From Gekko japonicus (Eukaryota): DNA of 64,000 bases. The number at the start of each line of letters is the position of its first letter. The stretch's first letter is position 1. The DNA is taken from assembly GCF_001447785.1 (NCBI RefSeq), contig NW_015168655.1:317263-381262 (forward strand). The letters are read 5' to 3'. The notes beneath the pieces were generated by a model. The model ran no database searches, was not told the origin of the DNA, and saw only the letters and a list, made by a program, of their open reading frames with translations. Shown here one piece after another: positions 13,085-26,105 of the stretch. A program made the position numbers and the translations under genes.

Positions 13085-14240
13085 GTCACAGTATGATATT
13101 TTGGCTGTTGACTCAGCCCAGGAACCCGAGGGAAGGCTTGGGATCCCCCTTCAACTTAAGCAACTTAAATGGCACTTGAGTCATTTTGAAATTCAAAAAT
13201 AACAAACATTTTATTTAACATAGAGGAGAAAGGTCAGGTGATACCAGGGGTTGAAAATTTCTGAGGTGACTCAATATAGATACCTGAGGTAAAACCAGGA
13301 CATGCACAGACTTTAGTTCTTATGTTTCAGGCTAATGAGAGTTTCTTAAGCTATTTACAGTTACTTAAATCTTTATGTTGAGAGACTTTTGTTGCAGTGT
13401 TTCCCCGAACACTCCAGTACATTTTCTTTTGAGTATTCTCTGACTCTTTTGGTTTCCAAAAGGCTGGTACACTCTCCAGTACCCAAACACCTTCTCTTGA
13501 AACACCAGTACTCATCTTGAGTTTTTAACTGACTTTTAAGGTTTCTACAGGCAGTTTCTAACCACACCAGACCAGGCATCTCTGCACTCCTCAGAGCTAA
13601 CTCCCTGTTTGACTGGGTAGAGAAATAGAGATGTGGCTGAATAAAGCCTGCCCCTTTCTCCTGCTTCTGGTATTTCAAGTACATTCAAGTACTTTCCAGA
13701 TTAGACCCTGCTTAGCTTCCGAGATCTGATAAGATCGAGCTTGCCTGGACTATTTGGGTAAGGGCTATCATATTGAGTTTTTAACTGACTCTTTGGTCTC
13801 TAAAGGCAGTTTCTAACCACATCAGACCGGGGATCTCTGCACTCTTCAGAGTTAATTCCCTGTTTGACTGGGTAGGAAATTTTCTTCTCTCTCTAGAAGA
13901 TCTGTCCCCTTTCCTTGGCCTGGGTGGGAGTCTTTGCCTACTTCCCAAACTCCTTGCCAACTTTCCCCCAGTTCTCCTGCCTTTGTTAAACTGCTCTCAG
14001 TCATGACTGATTTCCGAAACAGTCACTACTCGACTCGTCTCAGCTAGGGCTGAAATCAGACTAAATTCTCCTCAGCATCCAGTTCAGAAGTCTTTCTCTG
14101 CTCTGCTGATGCTAATCAGTCAGATCTCTTGGAAGAGGCTGTCATTCAAGGCTCTCTAGCTCTGGGAAGAATTAACCCTTCACAGTCCTTTATCTGGTTA
14201 CACAGCACTTCTAAACCTTTGAAAAGTGCAGTCCGTCACA
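13085..14240 (-). mobile_element. Probable solo LTR containing an internal duplication and a 5S-SINE fragment (about 13695-13770)
   Basis: Ends in gtccgtcaca (TGTGACGG on the minus strand) like the element ending at 25032; minus-strand AATAAA near 13210; TSD not resolved. Confidence 0.5.
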
Positions 14241-14932
14241 TGATGTTTGATTGGAGCACTGCAAGTGTGCCTCTTAATAAAATAAAGGTTATATGCTGTT
14301 CATAAAACTTTGCTTCAAAAATATAATTAGCAATTTCTCTTTGTTCTTATTCTTCAAGTCGTACCTATTGCAGGCTGTTCTCACAGAGCATTCTTAAATA
14401 CAGCTACTTCCATAATATTTGGAATGCATTTTATGAATACCTAAAATTTTGATTTTTAATTTGTCACACATGCATAGTGATTGATTAAAGCAATTTATAA
14501 AGAAGCCATAATGATGTTTCTGAATTGTTGGGGGAAGTACATAGAACCACATAGCAGTTAATTACATTGCTCTAACAATAAATGTCAAGAAACATCTTTT
14601 TTGAAAAGATGAATGCTGTTCTTAAGCAAAGTGCAATTACATTTTCAGCATCTGAAATGTTTCACAACACTGTGTGTTCTCAAGTAGTGAACATTTTAGC
14701 ATTTCCACACAAGCACAGCGGCTGACATATGGTGGGTGTTGCAGGTATAATTTTATAACCAACACTCACTTGTTTGTTTACAAAAGAGAATTCCTTTTAG
14801 TATAATATTGTGTTAATCTTAGCTAATTTATTCCTACTCAAAGAAGTATTTGCATATAGATACAGTTCTTAGAGCTGATCCAGCATATAAGGACTGATAG
14901 GCTTCCTCTGATCTGGCAGAATGTTGTTTATA

Positions 14933-15354
14933 AACAAGTAATAATAGAGGGAACAGCAATAAAATGACACCATGTACAGAAAATTGCTGCAAAGTGCACA
15001 CAATATGAAGATACTAGACAATAATAAAGCTACAATACTGGTAAGCTTCGTGATGCTTTAATCTTTGTTTTCAACAGATGGACGCCATCAAAAACAAGGT
15101 GATGACATGAAAGGATGAACGGACAGGACGACGAACTTCCCGAGTAACCGCTCGTTTCGAAGTCTCTTTATCAAATAGGTCTCAGTTCTGCATCCATTAG
15201 CAATACAGTCAACACTGTATTCTTGAGTCAAGTAATCTTCTTCCAAAGCTTAGAGCTAACAAGTATAACCTTTCAATCGGACAGACCAGTCATCACCTTG
15301 TTTTTGATGGCGTCCATCTGTTGAAAACAAAGATTAAAGCATCACGAAGCTTAC
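14933..15354 (-). mobile_element. Short Penelope-like element with an inverted terminal segment
   Basis: 16-bp direct repeat CAGAATGTTGTTTATA (14917-14932 and 15355-15370); 69-bp perfect inverted repeat 15038-15106 / 15289-15357. Confidence 0.6.
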
Positions 15355-15384
15355 CAGAATGTTGTTTATATCCAGGACTTGCAG

Positions 15385-16200
15385 GTAGATTGCTTAATTT
15401 TATGTCCATTGCATCAATAACACTGTCTAACCATCTCATCCTTTGCCACCCCCTTCTTCTTTTACCTTCAATCTTTCCCAGCATCAGTGTCTTCTCCATT
15501 GAATGCTCCCTTCTCATTTGGTGGCCAAAGTATTTGAGCTTCAGCTTCAGTATCTGGCCTTCCAGGGAACAGTCAGGGTTGATTTCTTCTAGGATTGACT
15601 GATTTGATCTCTTTGCAGTCCAAGGGGCTTTCAAGAGTCTTCTCCAGCACCATAATTCGAAATAATCTATTCTTCAGCGCTTGGCCTTCCTTATGGTCCA
15701 ACTCTCACAGCTGTACATTACTACTGGGAATACCATTGCTTTGACCATACAGACTTTTGTTGGCAGGGTGATGTCTCTACTTTTTATTATGCTGTCTAGG
15801 TTTGCCATAGCCTTCCTCCCAAGGAGCAGGTGTCTTTTAATTTCATGGCTACAGTCACCATCTGCAGTGATCCTGGATTCTGGGAACGTGAAGTCTGTCA
15901 CTGCTTCCATGACTTCCCCTTCTATTTGCCAAGGAGTGATGGGGCCGGATGCCATGATTTAGTTTTTTTGATGTTGAGTTTCAAGTCAACTTTCGTGCTC
16001 TCCTCTTTTACCCTTCGCAAGAGGTTCTTGAGGTCCTCTTCACTTTCTGCCATTAGAGTGGAATCGTCTGCATATCTGAGGTTGCTGATGTTTTTCCCAG
16101 CAATCTTAATTCCAGTTTGTGATTCATCCAGGCCAGCATTTCACATGATGTACTCTGCATATAAATTAAATAAGCAGTGTGACAATATACATCCTTGTCG
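15385..16200 (-). mobile_element. BovB (RTE) LINE fragment
   Basis: ORFs with MASGPITPWQIEGE..., PWTAKRSNQSILEEI..LKLKYFGH, typical of the BovB ORF C-terminus. Confidence 0.93.
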
Positions 16201-16334
16201 TATATACCCATATTTTTCACAGACAGAAAGCCAATACAGATGACTAATTTAAGGTTTTCTATCATGTGGCTTGCTTGATCATCTGTGTTTCTGTCATGCA
16301 TTCTTGAATCTTTTTTTTAATAGTCCAATGACCT

Positions 16335-16500
16335 GATCTTGGAAGCTAAGTAGGGCCAACCCTGGCAAGTATTTGGATGGGAGACCTCCAAAGAATACCA
16401 GGGCTGAGAGTTAGAGGCAGGCTATCAAGCCACTTCTCTGAACATCCTCCATGCCCCAATAGGAGTCACCACAGGTCGCCATGACGTCTAGGCATGGGCA
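16335..16500 (+). mobile_element. 5S-derived SINE
   Basis: gatcttggaagctaagtagggccaaccctggcaagtatttggatgggagacc. Confidence 0.75.
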
Positions 16501-16809
16501 CACACATGCACACACACAAACACACAAATGCAGAAAAAGACAGAGAGTGCTAATAGATAACAAAAATGTAGAGGACAGCCCCCCCCAAAAGAAACCTTCC
16601 CCCCAAAAAAACTTGAATTGCTACAGGAACAAACTAGCCCTCTGAAGAAAAAAAGAAACAGTGAATAGCCACTGAAGAACTAACTGCCAAGAGGAGGGTA
16701 CACTCTTTATGAACCCTCAGTGTGAAGGAAATTTAATAGAGAGTGCCTAGATAGCGAAACTGGGATACCTGCTCAGTTATCTGATTGTTTTAGCATCCAA
16801 GACACCACA

Positions 16810-18714
16810 AATATGGGAACAGATGTCTGGACTTATTTGTGACAGAGTCGAACCGTCAAGTTCCAGAATTTTTTTTTCAAGGGAAAGAAACATCCTAGCA
16901 AAGGGAACCGATGCACTGAGCTGCACTTAGCTACAGGGCCTTCTTTATGCTTGTCCGCCTCTGCCGATCATCCACAGAGTGCTGCAACAGATTTGCCATC
17001 AAAAGGCGGAGGTGGTGCTCATTGCGCCCTTCTGGCCGCACCAGTCATGGTTCCAGGACCTTCAAAGACTAGCCATATCGAAGCCCTGGCGTATCCCCAC
17101 ATGGGAGGACTTATTGTTTCAGGGGCCAACAAAACATCCGAAGCCGGAGTTACTCAATCTAGCAGTGTGGAGATTGAGTGAGAAATGTTAGTGGGGGCAG
17201 GTTATCAGGATAAAGTAGTGGTCACCATGCTAGCATCTAGGAAGGCTTCCACTAATAGGTCATATGACCGTACCTGGCGAGTGTTTGACTCCTGGTGCAT
17301 TTTACATAAGGTGGATTCTCTCCAAGCTTCAGTGAAGTCTATCCTGGTTTTTCTTCAGGATGGGCTAGATAAGGGCCTTAGTACAAGTACCCTTAGGAGC
17401 CAGCTTTCGGCCATTTCCGCTGTTCAGGGGGCGAAACATGGGCGTTCCCTTCTTAGACATCCTCACATAAAGAGGTTTCTAAAGAGGGCCTCGTACCTTA
17501 ATCCTCCACAGGTACACAGATTCCCAACCTGGAATCTTAACATCGTTTTAAGGGTGCTTTGTAAAATCCCATTTGAGCCCATGGCTACCTGTCCCCTCAA
17601 AGAGTTAACTTTTAAAACCCTGTTCCTGGTAGGAATTACTTCAGCATGGAGGGTGTCTGAATTGAGAACACTATCAGTAAACAAAGAACTGTGTATTTTT
17701 CATCGAGACAAGGTGGTCCCGCGCATGGACCCAGCCTTTGTCCCCAAGATTAATTCAGTTTTTCATAGGGCAGAGGAGATAATTCTGCCGTCCTTTTGTG
17801 CCAGTCCACAACATGCTAAGGAGCATGAGTGGCACTGCCTGGATGTTAGGAGGGCCCTCAGTTTTTATATTGAGAGGACTAAACAGTTGAGGAAGTCTGA
17901 GATGCTTTTCGTGTCCTTCAGAAAATCTTCTCAGGGGAAGCAGGTCTCCACTGCTACACTTAGTCGGTGGATTAAGGGATGCATTATCCTGGCCTATAAA
18001 GCGAAAGGGTTGGAACCTCCAGAAGGGATTGTGGCACATTCCCTTAGGGGGGCAGCTACTTCGGTTGAATATAGGGTGTTCCCCCACTGGAAACGATATG
18101 TAGGGCGGCCACTTGGAAGTCAGTTCATTCTTTCACTAAACACTACAGAGTGGACAAGTTAGCATCAGCTGAGGTGGCCTTTGGTCGTGGGGTGCTTCAA
18201 CACACTCTATAGATGGGGATGCAGATTCCCACCCTGTAAGTTTTTGCTCTTGTACGTCCCAGACGTGAGGAATGTCCCACGAAGAACCACTGGAGAACGG
18301 AAGGTTTCTTTCACTTACCGTGAATCTTCCTTTCTTGGTGGTTCTGAAGTGGGACATTCCTGCCCACCCTGTTTTATGAGTGTGCCTCCCCTTTGTTTAC
18401 AGAGTTATGGGGAAGCGAGGGGTAATACTGAAGGGAGTTTGGTTCTAGTGGTGAGTCAGTTCCCTACTCTGTGCTCAGTTCACTGTGTTCTGTTAGTCTC
18501 TATGTTTTTTGGGGAGAGATTTCTTTCCTTCTAGTACCTTTCCGGCGGGATTATCTGTGGGGGCTTGAAGACAACTGGGCAGCCTCCAAGGAGATAAGCT
18601 CCTCCCCGCCTCAATCAAAGCTGGAGCCAACCCTGAGGAGGGAGGAGGAGCTTATATCCCAGACGTGAGGAATGTCCCACTTCAGAACCACCAAGAAAGG
18701 AAGAAAACAGTAAG
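16810..18714 (+). mobile_element. DIRS1-type retrotransposon, 3' half (MT-like domain, tyrosine recombinase, ICR, right ITR)
   Basis: DLF..N..FFSR and LIAPFWP.QSWF remnants; YR ORF 17185-18162; ICR near 18255-18369 complementary to the right end (about 18668-18714) and to the left end of the second DIRS copy. Confidence 0.92.
17185..18162 (+). pseudogene. DIRS tyrosine recombinase ORF, frameshifted before the catalytic Tyr
   Basis: SAWRVSEL and AHSLRG motifs; ICRAATWKSVHSFTKHYRVD continues in another frame after about 18085. Confidence 0.88.
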
Positions 18715-19324
18715 CTCTGTGTCATTATACCCTGCTGAGGTCACCACAGCAAATTGATGCTGAGTGCCAAAGACACCAGGGCACCCACCCAGAGCCTCTT
18801 TCTAGAGCTCATTGTATGTATTTCCACAACGGGCCTTCTTCCTAGTATCATATAATTTAGAAACCATACAACAATGGCCAGCATGCCACGAATGCCCACA
18901 CCAACTTTTTAGTGGTGTGAATAGTAAAGCGATACACCTTGAATATTTTTTGCCATCTTGGCAGAGTCTCTTTCCTTGGCTGTCAATCCTTGTGTCACCA
19001 CTGCTGCTGACACTGACAAAACCAAGGAAGGCAGCAGGTTGGTTGCTAGAGAGCCGTGAGATAGAAGCCAGAAAGGCCCATTGAAGACAGTGGGAAAGCC
19101 AGCCTTCAAGCACCCCATCTATATATTTTTTGATTTTCCTTAATGGTGTCTGTTGGCCAGTTACTGCCCTGTTAAGATAAAAGGAAAAGGTGTGTATGTG
19201 GCATGGGTGTTGAAGGAGATAATGCTATCACATTGAATTTCCATACGAGCAGGTGGGACTGAAGAGAAGAAATATAAACTGCTTTTGGGTCTCACTGGAG
19301 AGAAAAGCAGGATATAAATCTATC

Positions 19325-19744
19325 CAGGGGTCATTTCGTAGAAAAAGAGGTGCAGGAGCTCATTAGCTTAACTCATTAGCATAACTTATTTGCATATGCC
19401 ACACCCCCTGACATTACTGGAAGTGTGTCAGAAGGCAACACCCACCGCTCAGGCTCCACTGGACTGTTTTGGATTGCTAGCTATTGGGGGGGGGGGAGAC
19501 GGGAAGATGTGTCCTTGCAGAGGAGAGAGAGCTTGTACCTGAATAAAACTTGGTCTTAAAGGTGCCACTGGACTGTTTTGGACCGGGGGGGCGGGGTGGG
19601 GGCCTCTGCAACTTACCTGGCTGCTTCTTGCTTTGACTAAGGGCTGCTGGGAGCAGGGGGTGGGGCTTGTTGCATGTGCCCGCCCCCTGGGCTCTTTACT
19701 GCCGGAGCTCCGCCCCTGTGCGCTCCTGCAGGAAATGACACCTG
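19325..19744. mobile_element. hAT MITE containing Penelope pLTR fragments
   Basis: TIRs caggggtcatttc / gaaatgacacctg; perfect 8-bp TSD AATCTATC. Confidence 0.88.
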
Positions 19745-20222
19745 AATCTATCTAAAAGAAAGAAGGTAAACTAAAATCTTCGAACAACTTATCTGTGGTT
19801 TTATCTTCCACAGTGAACATATAGCCAAGTATCCAATAAAGCAGCTAGTGAAAAATATTCTCTGAAGAGGCATAGCTCTCTTACTAATGCTATCTTTTTA
19901 TGCTTAATATATCTTTGTCATCCATATCTAATTATATGAAGTCTTAGAATACTTTGTGAAGTTTCAAAGCTCCTATGTCTGCTCTCTCAAAAAAGATTAT
20001 TTGCTTATCTCTTGAGAGTTAACAGAAGAACTTTATAGCTTATCTTTTTGTGATCATCGCAGGCATACTTAATATGTAAGAATTACAAGCTTTTGATATT
20101 TACCTGCTGGATCAGTGCTCTGTGACACTTTCCATCTTCAGGCAAATCTCATCCACATTTTTCAGGGTTTGTGTGTGGTAGATTATTCTTAGTTCATAGC
20201 ATCCCATTGACATGAACATATA

Positions 20223-21316
20223 TGTCAAGAACTCCCAGTCCATGGAATTCCTGGTACGGTCCAGCACAAAATTACAAAAAACCTGGGGTGTGTGTCCACA
20301 CACCAGTCTTGGTAGTCTGCCACTGGCCCCTTGAACTACCCTCACAGTCAGAAGCCAAGGGGCAGGCATCTAACCTTACTGGGAATTAATTAAGAAAATC
20401 AACCCTGCAAGGTAGGGTGCTTGCAGAATGAGTTGCCACTACAATTAACTTGTTAGGTGGACTCTTAAGGTCTAAGGTACTGAAATTAGATTGAAGCAGT
20501 TGAAGCACAGAACACCCAAGTATAATCAAAAGATATTTATTAATGAGTGCAGGAATATTTCAAAAGAACATAGCAGAGAGAAATAAAACCAGTAAGTTAC
20601 ATTTTAAGGTGCTAACTACATAGTAGGACATTGCATTAAAGTTGCCAGATATTACCCTTCTTGATTGAAGTCAGACAGCAGTAATCTAAGCCTCTCTGCT
20701 CAGAGGACATTGCGCCAGGCAGTAGCCTGGTCTGTCACAAGGTTAGCTCATCATACCTCATGTTAGCTGTGAGCAGCTGCAACAAATACCAAAAAACCCT
20801 ATCTGTTTTAAGGACTAAGATTTGGGTAGGCAGGGGTCCTTCTGCCCAGTCAAAGATCAGACCAGTGAAGTTATGTTAATATGAACCTGTTACATGATAT
20901 GGCCGGGGGGGGGAGTTTATGATGGGATGGAGGGGTTATCTGCGATTTATCCCATCCCTTGTGTAGTGGAAATCACAACACTAATTGAGGATGCATTGGC
21001 ACCAAGTCCTGGCCCGGTAAACAAATAGTTTGTCTCTATAACTGAATTGCTGTTCCAAGGTCACAAAGGCTGTGGTCACACACACTAAATAATCCACTTT
21101 CCGTGCACTTTCCAACTGGATTTTGCCAGTTCACACAGCAAAAATCCAGTTTGAAAGTGGATTATTTAGTGTGTGTGACCGCAGCCAAGGTCAATTGCCA
21201 ACTCTTCCATATCAGCAACCCATTTGGTCACCCATTTACAGGCCTAGAATTTAATATAAGGCCTGCCTGTGGTTAATGAAGGAACAAGAAATTGACTAAA
21301 ATCTAATTTCTTGACA
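20223..21316 (-). mobile_element. Solo LTR, about 1.1 kb
   Basis: Termini TGTCAAGAA...TTCTTGACA; 5-bp TSD atata / atatg; minus-strand AATAAA near 20535. Confidence 0.65.
21068..21186. mobile_element. Palindromic MITE (PIF/Harbinger-like) nested in the LTR
   Basis: About 33-bp TIRs ggctgtggtcacacacactaaataatccacttt / aaagtggattatttagtgtgtgtgaccgcagcc. Confidence 0.75.
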
Positions 21317-21980
21317 ATATGTTCACAAGAAGAGGGAAAATATGGATTTGGAAATAAGATTAGTGGTGGTGTACTGATTTGATTCTTGCTAACATCAAGA
21401 CTAGGACCACTGGGGATGCTAAAATCACTTTAAGGTATCTTATTTATTTATTTATTCCACTTTTACCCCGCCCTACCTGCAAGCGGGCTCAGGGTGGCTT
21501 CCAAAACTGACAAGCAGTATACATACACAATAAAACATAAATACAAGCATCAGTTAAAACACAAACAATCCATATAAAACATTCAACATTCATTACATTC
21601 AAAACATTGTGTAGCAGTTTACCAGGGAGTAGCCAGCAGATTAGCATGGAAGCTCAGGTGGGAACAATTAGGAACAGGGTGGAGGCAGAGAGGCCAGGAA
21701 ATAAAGGGGAGAGGTGCCAGAGTTGGGGGGGGGGGGATTGGGGCTGCTGTGTGTCTGCCAAGGAACCAGGACCAGGCAAGAGAGGGATGGGGCAGCTGAG
21801 GCAATGTGAAACAGGAATGTAGCAGTGAAAGATGGGAGCCTGAGGAAGACAGCTGGAAAATCTCAGACCTGGATGTTATCAGAGAGAGTGAAGAAAACTA
21901 CGCCTCCCAGAGAGAAGCAACAGAGAAGACAGCTGTTGACCTTCCTACCAGAGAAAGGACTGGCCTTGAGAGAGGGACTG

Positions 21981-22192
21981 GCAGAGAACAAATTTAGAGT
22001 CCCGTGGCACCTTTAAGACCAACGAAAGTTTATTCAAGATATGAGCTTTCGTGTGCAAGGCACACTTTTTTAAAAAGTGTGCCTTGCACACGAAAGCTCA
22101 TACCTTGAATAAAACTCTGTTGGTCTTAAAGGTGCCACTGGACTCTAAATTTGTTCTGCTGCTTCAGACCAACATGGCTGACTACCTGGATC
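21981..22192. mobile_element. Penelope pLTR-derived palindrome
   Basis: Near-perfect hairpin centred near 22070 (gcacctttaagaccaac...gttggtcttaaaggtgc), with gaaagctcata in both arms. Confidence 0.8.
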
Positions 22193-22605
22193 AGTTTACA
22201 CTAGAGTAGCAGTAGAGGCTTAATTGATCCAGGGGAGACACTGTGTGGTGATAACACAGTGACTAAATAAAAGAACACCTAATTTGCAGTACTTGGGATT
22301 TTCTGGCCTTTGTCACTCTCTTTAAAAGGATGGGGTTGGTGTGAACTGCTACATCTTATGGTTGCTTTTCCTTCTTACAGGCAGCTGGCTTTAAGTCAGG
22401 CAAATCTTCAGAAGCTTCTCAATAAGGCTGTCAAGTCTGCTTCCATAAACCTTACACAAATACTACAACATTGGACTTAGATCACAGAAACCAGTTCCCA
22501 GTTTCTGTTTAGCTATAAAGCTTTCTGGCTGACCTTAGGCACTCACTTTCTTTCAGGATAACTCACAAGGTTGTTGTGAGGATAAAAACAGGGTAGGGTA
22601 TGGTA

Positions 22606-25032
22606 TGTTATAACAAACCCCTGTATCTCCCCAACTGTCTGGCAGATTGTTACTGCCAGATTTTCAGTTCCCCTCAGTGACTGAGTTGCCCTACAGTAAC
22701 GTGTATATATTCTTTGTCATAAAATACTTGACTGTCCCACTCTTCTTTGTCATAAAAGACTTGAATGTCCCACTCTATGTTTGAGATATTTAGTTTAGGC
22801 TTTTTCTCAGCTCAGGAACTCTACTAAAAATACAGGAGCTGTCCAGTTTTATAAACCCTTGAGAAATGGCACTGTTACCCCTATCAGCTTTATTAAATAA
22901 TATTATTGCCTTTATGTTGATTGTGGGAATTAGTGTCAAAGTCAGAGCTTAGCAAGAGGTGGGGCAATAGTGAGATCTGCTATCAGTTTTTATGGAGATA
23001 GTCCTGTTAAAACCCCTGGTTGAGTCAATGACCAGTCCAAATTATAAAAGAAAGGGGTTTTATTAAGAAAAATAATAATTTAGGTATATGTACCTGCAAT
23101 TCAGAGATCACCAGCATAGAAGTAGGAGCAAAAAGAAGTTAGCAAACAGATTGAGGGGTGGGGAGGTTGGGTATTACTACACCTATCCAGGTGTGCAGGG
23201 GTCCATTGCTGGAAAGGGAGAGAACCCAAACTGTGGGGTTGGGGGTACATCTCTACTGTAGGCTGCCTCAGAGTAACACACCCTCAAGGTCATGTACTTT
23301 GGAGGATATAGGCATTGGAAAACAATGTGGACCAATGGGAGGCCTGGATGGGCTTGTCTTGAGTGAAGACAAAAGATTACCTGGACGAATCAGGGGTCCC
23401 AGGAGGTGTGACACCAGGAGGAGTAAAACCTAGGTGTGACCAATGAAGTCCCAGAGGGGCAGAGTCTGGATTCACAGTAGTGTTGATTAGATCAGCCAGG
23501 TGCTAGATGGCTGGGCTGGGAGTGTCCAGGCGTTCCCAGGTAAGGGACAGAAGACTAGCTATATCTTGATGGGATTTATCAATGGTAAAACAATGTCACT
23601 TTGGGAACGTGGTGATGAGTTCCCAGGTCTGGACAAAGGGAACTGGAGGTTTCTTCTACATGCAAAGTAGTAGTTCAGGTTTGGTTCCTTTTGCAGCTCT
23701 GGTGGTAGAAGGTTATGTGATTGTCCATTTGAACTAATCAAAAGAAAACAATACTGCTTGATAAGCCACATGGTCTTGGGGTGTGGGAAGGGGTAAGAAG
23801 CAAGACTTGTCATTGTCAAGGAAATGTGAGAAGGGAAGATGAGATCAGATTGATAGAATAGCAGTGGAAACTGAAAATAAGTTACTCTGGGGCAGGCAGA
23901 TTCATTGTCTGGAATATACAGATGTTGGCTTGGGGGGGGAGGTAGTTGCAGCTATCAGGGCAAGATCTCATGTGTTATTGCAGGGTCATATCCTAGGCAT
24001 AATATTTGTCTGCCAGCCCTGGCCTCCATCTTTGTGTTCACTTATGTCAAGATGCCTGGTATTTGAACTCCTGGGGCACCCTTGTGGGGTCCACTGATGG
24101 TTGAAAAGACCTCTCCTGTTGGACAGCACTTGAGGCAAATTAATGTTCAAAAACAGAATAAAGTTTAAACAGGCAGGGAATATATGTATACATGGAATAG
24201 TCAAGGTTTTGAGATTGCTGAGGTAAAAAACTTTCTAATATATACAGAGTTGAATTCTTAGAACATTCAAAAGAGTGTATTTGTAGTCTTGTTTCAAGGC
24301 TTTCTATTTCTTTCTTTGAGAGGTACTTTGTTTAGTATAATTCAGCGCAAACACAGTTCTTACTGGTGTTTCTAGATTTCTTCCTTCAGATATTACAGGT
24401 TTTCCTTTAGCTAATACAGCTTTTCACTAGCTCTTGAGGTGTCTAAGATTCTCCCCTTTATCACAGACCAGGGTTCTCTTCCCAACTCATTTCACTGGCA
24501 GGAAGTTATTCTCCTTGTCCCTAAGAAGTGATAACTCCTTTTTGGCTTGAATGGGAGTTCACTCTGACTACCCAGACCTTCTGCCAAACCCTTCCAGTAT
24601 CCTTTGTCTGTATAAGGTTGTTCTGTAGCTTTCTGACTGAGAATTTAAAGTTCTCCTTCAGAGCAGTTTTAATATATCTAAGACAATGGGGGTTTTATTC
24701 TTCTCTTTGTAGAAGTACTTTTCTGACTATTGCCTGTCAGAAAACACTGATTCCCAAATGTCTATTCCCTCAGAAGCAAAACCCTCTGGCTACTGATCCC
24801 GACGTTAGTTTTCAAAATACCAAACAACGAAAGACCAAATTGTGAAAGACCCCTTTTCCCTCCAGATCACCTGTTTTATTTTCTCTCTCAGCTAATGCTG
24901 GCCAATTAGAGAGCAAGTAGAGCAGCCAATCACATAAGCTCTTGTCTTGAGGGAAGATTAATTCTTGAACTCCCTGACTCTCTGATACAACCAGCACCTT
25001 AAGAAGCCTGCTTTTCTGTGCTGTCCGTCACA
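22606..25032 (-). mobile_element. Cluster of LTR-like sequences interrupting a SINE
   Basis: SINE body at 22470-22605 appears to resume at 25033; segment ends in gtccgtcaca; internal TG..CA boundaries near 22915, 24040 and 24045; TSDs imperfect. Confidence 0.4.
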
Positions 25033-25482
25033 TATATCATGTTGAGTTCCTTGAAAGAAAACAAATACAGGTACACACTGCTTTTTTGTTTTTTAAAAAG
25101 GGTGCCAACACTCATAAGGTTGCACTGATTTCTTCCAATTCCCTCCTCAGGCCTTGGGAGAGTGCCCCCAAAGGTACTGGTATTTAGTACCGGTGAGAAC
25201 TGTCATGAAAAAGCCCTCTGTGTATTCCATATTTATCAGTGAAAAGCATGAAAATAGGTAACAACAACAAAAGACAGCAAGCATAGAAAAAAAGAGGTTA
25301 ATTTGACAAACTAGGTAAAGAGTCAGTGAGTGTCAAGGCCTACCCTAGCCTGTACAGAACCAAGGAGGGGAAAGAAACAATTTACTGACTAAACGCTGAT
25401 ATTTTCAAAGTAGTTACAACTTCCAGGTAGCTACCGTATGTTGGCTCAAGGAAAAGCCCAGAACCAAATCCATGTAATAACC

Positions 25483-26105
25483 TTTATTTATTTATTTTAT
25501 TTTATTTGTGCATTTATATCCCGCCCTCACCACAAGCGGGCTCAGGGCGGCTTACAAAGAGCAACAAGTGCCCACACATAAAATCATATAAAAACAGTAA
25601 AAACCAGTAATTATCAACACAAATAAGTGCTCTGTAAAAAACAAGATGGTCACCGAATAAAATTACAAGATGGTATTGGTCTTTCATAAAGGTGGTGTTG
25701 TCCTGTAGTTGATGTACAATTAGTTGGTATAAGGCACCACACAGTATCCTGGCAGATCTTCCAGGGACCGTCCCCCCTAGCCCACACCGTTTGTGGTGGT
25801 GGCAGTGGTGGCCCCTACGTAAAAGCCTGGTGGAAGAGCGCCATCTTACAGGCCCTGCGGAACTGCAGAAGATCCCGCAGGGCCCTGATCTCCTCCAGGA
25901 GCTCATTCCACCAGGTAGGAGCCACCACTGAAAAGGATCTGGCCCTGGTCGCTGCAAGCCTTGCCTCCCTGGGGCCTGGAATCACCAGGCGATGTTGCGT
26001 CCCGGACTGAAGTGCTCGTGGGGGTATGTGTGGGGGTATGTGTGGGACCCTGGCCATATAGGGCTTTAAAGGTAAGTACCAGCACTTTGAAACGGATCCA
26101 GTATG
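25483..26105 (-). mobile_element. L2 LINE 3' end
   Basis: Same family as 6071-7930 (LVLTFKALYG, RSFSVVAPTWWNEL); TTTA tail. Confidence 0.9.

Noticed and set aside
17185-18162. Bacterial or phage integrase contamination, or horizontal transfer
   Set aside because: Context (MT domain, ICR, ITR) identifies it as a DIRS retrotransposon recombinase
21981-22192. miRNA hairpin or CRISPR-like repeat
   Set aside because: Dispersed multi-copy Penelope-derived palindrome; no repeat-spacer periodicity
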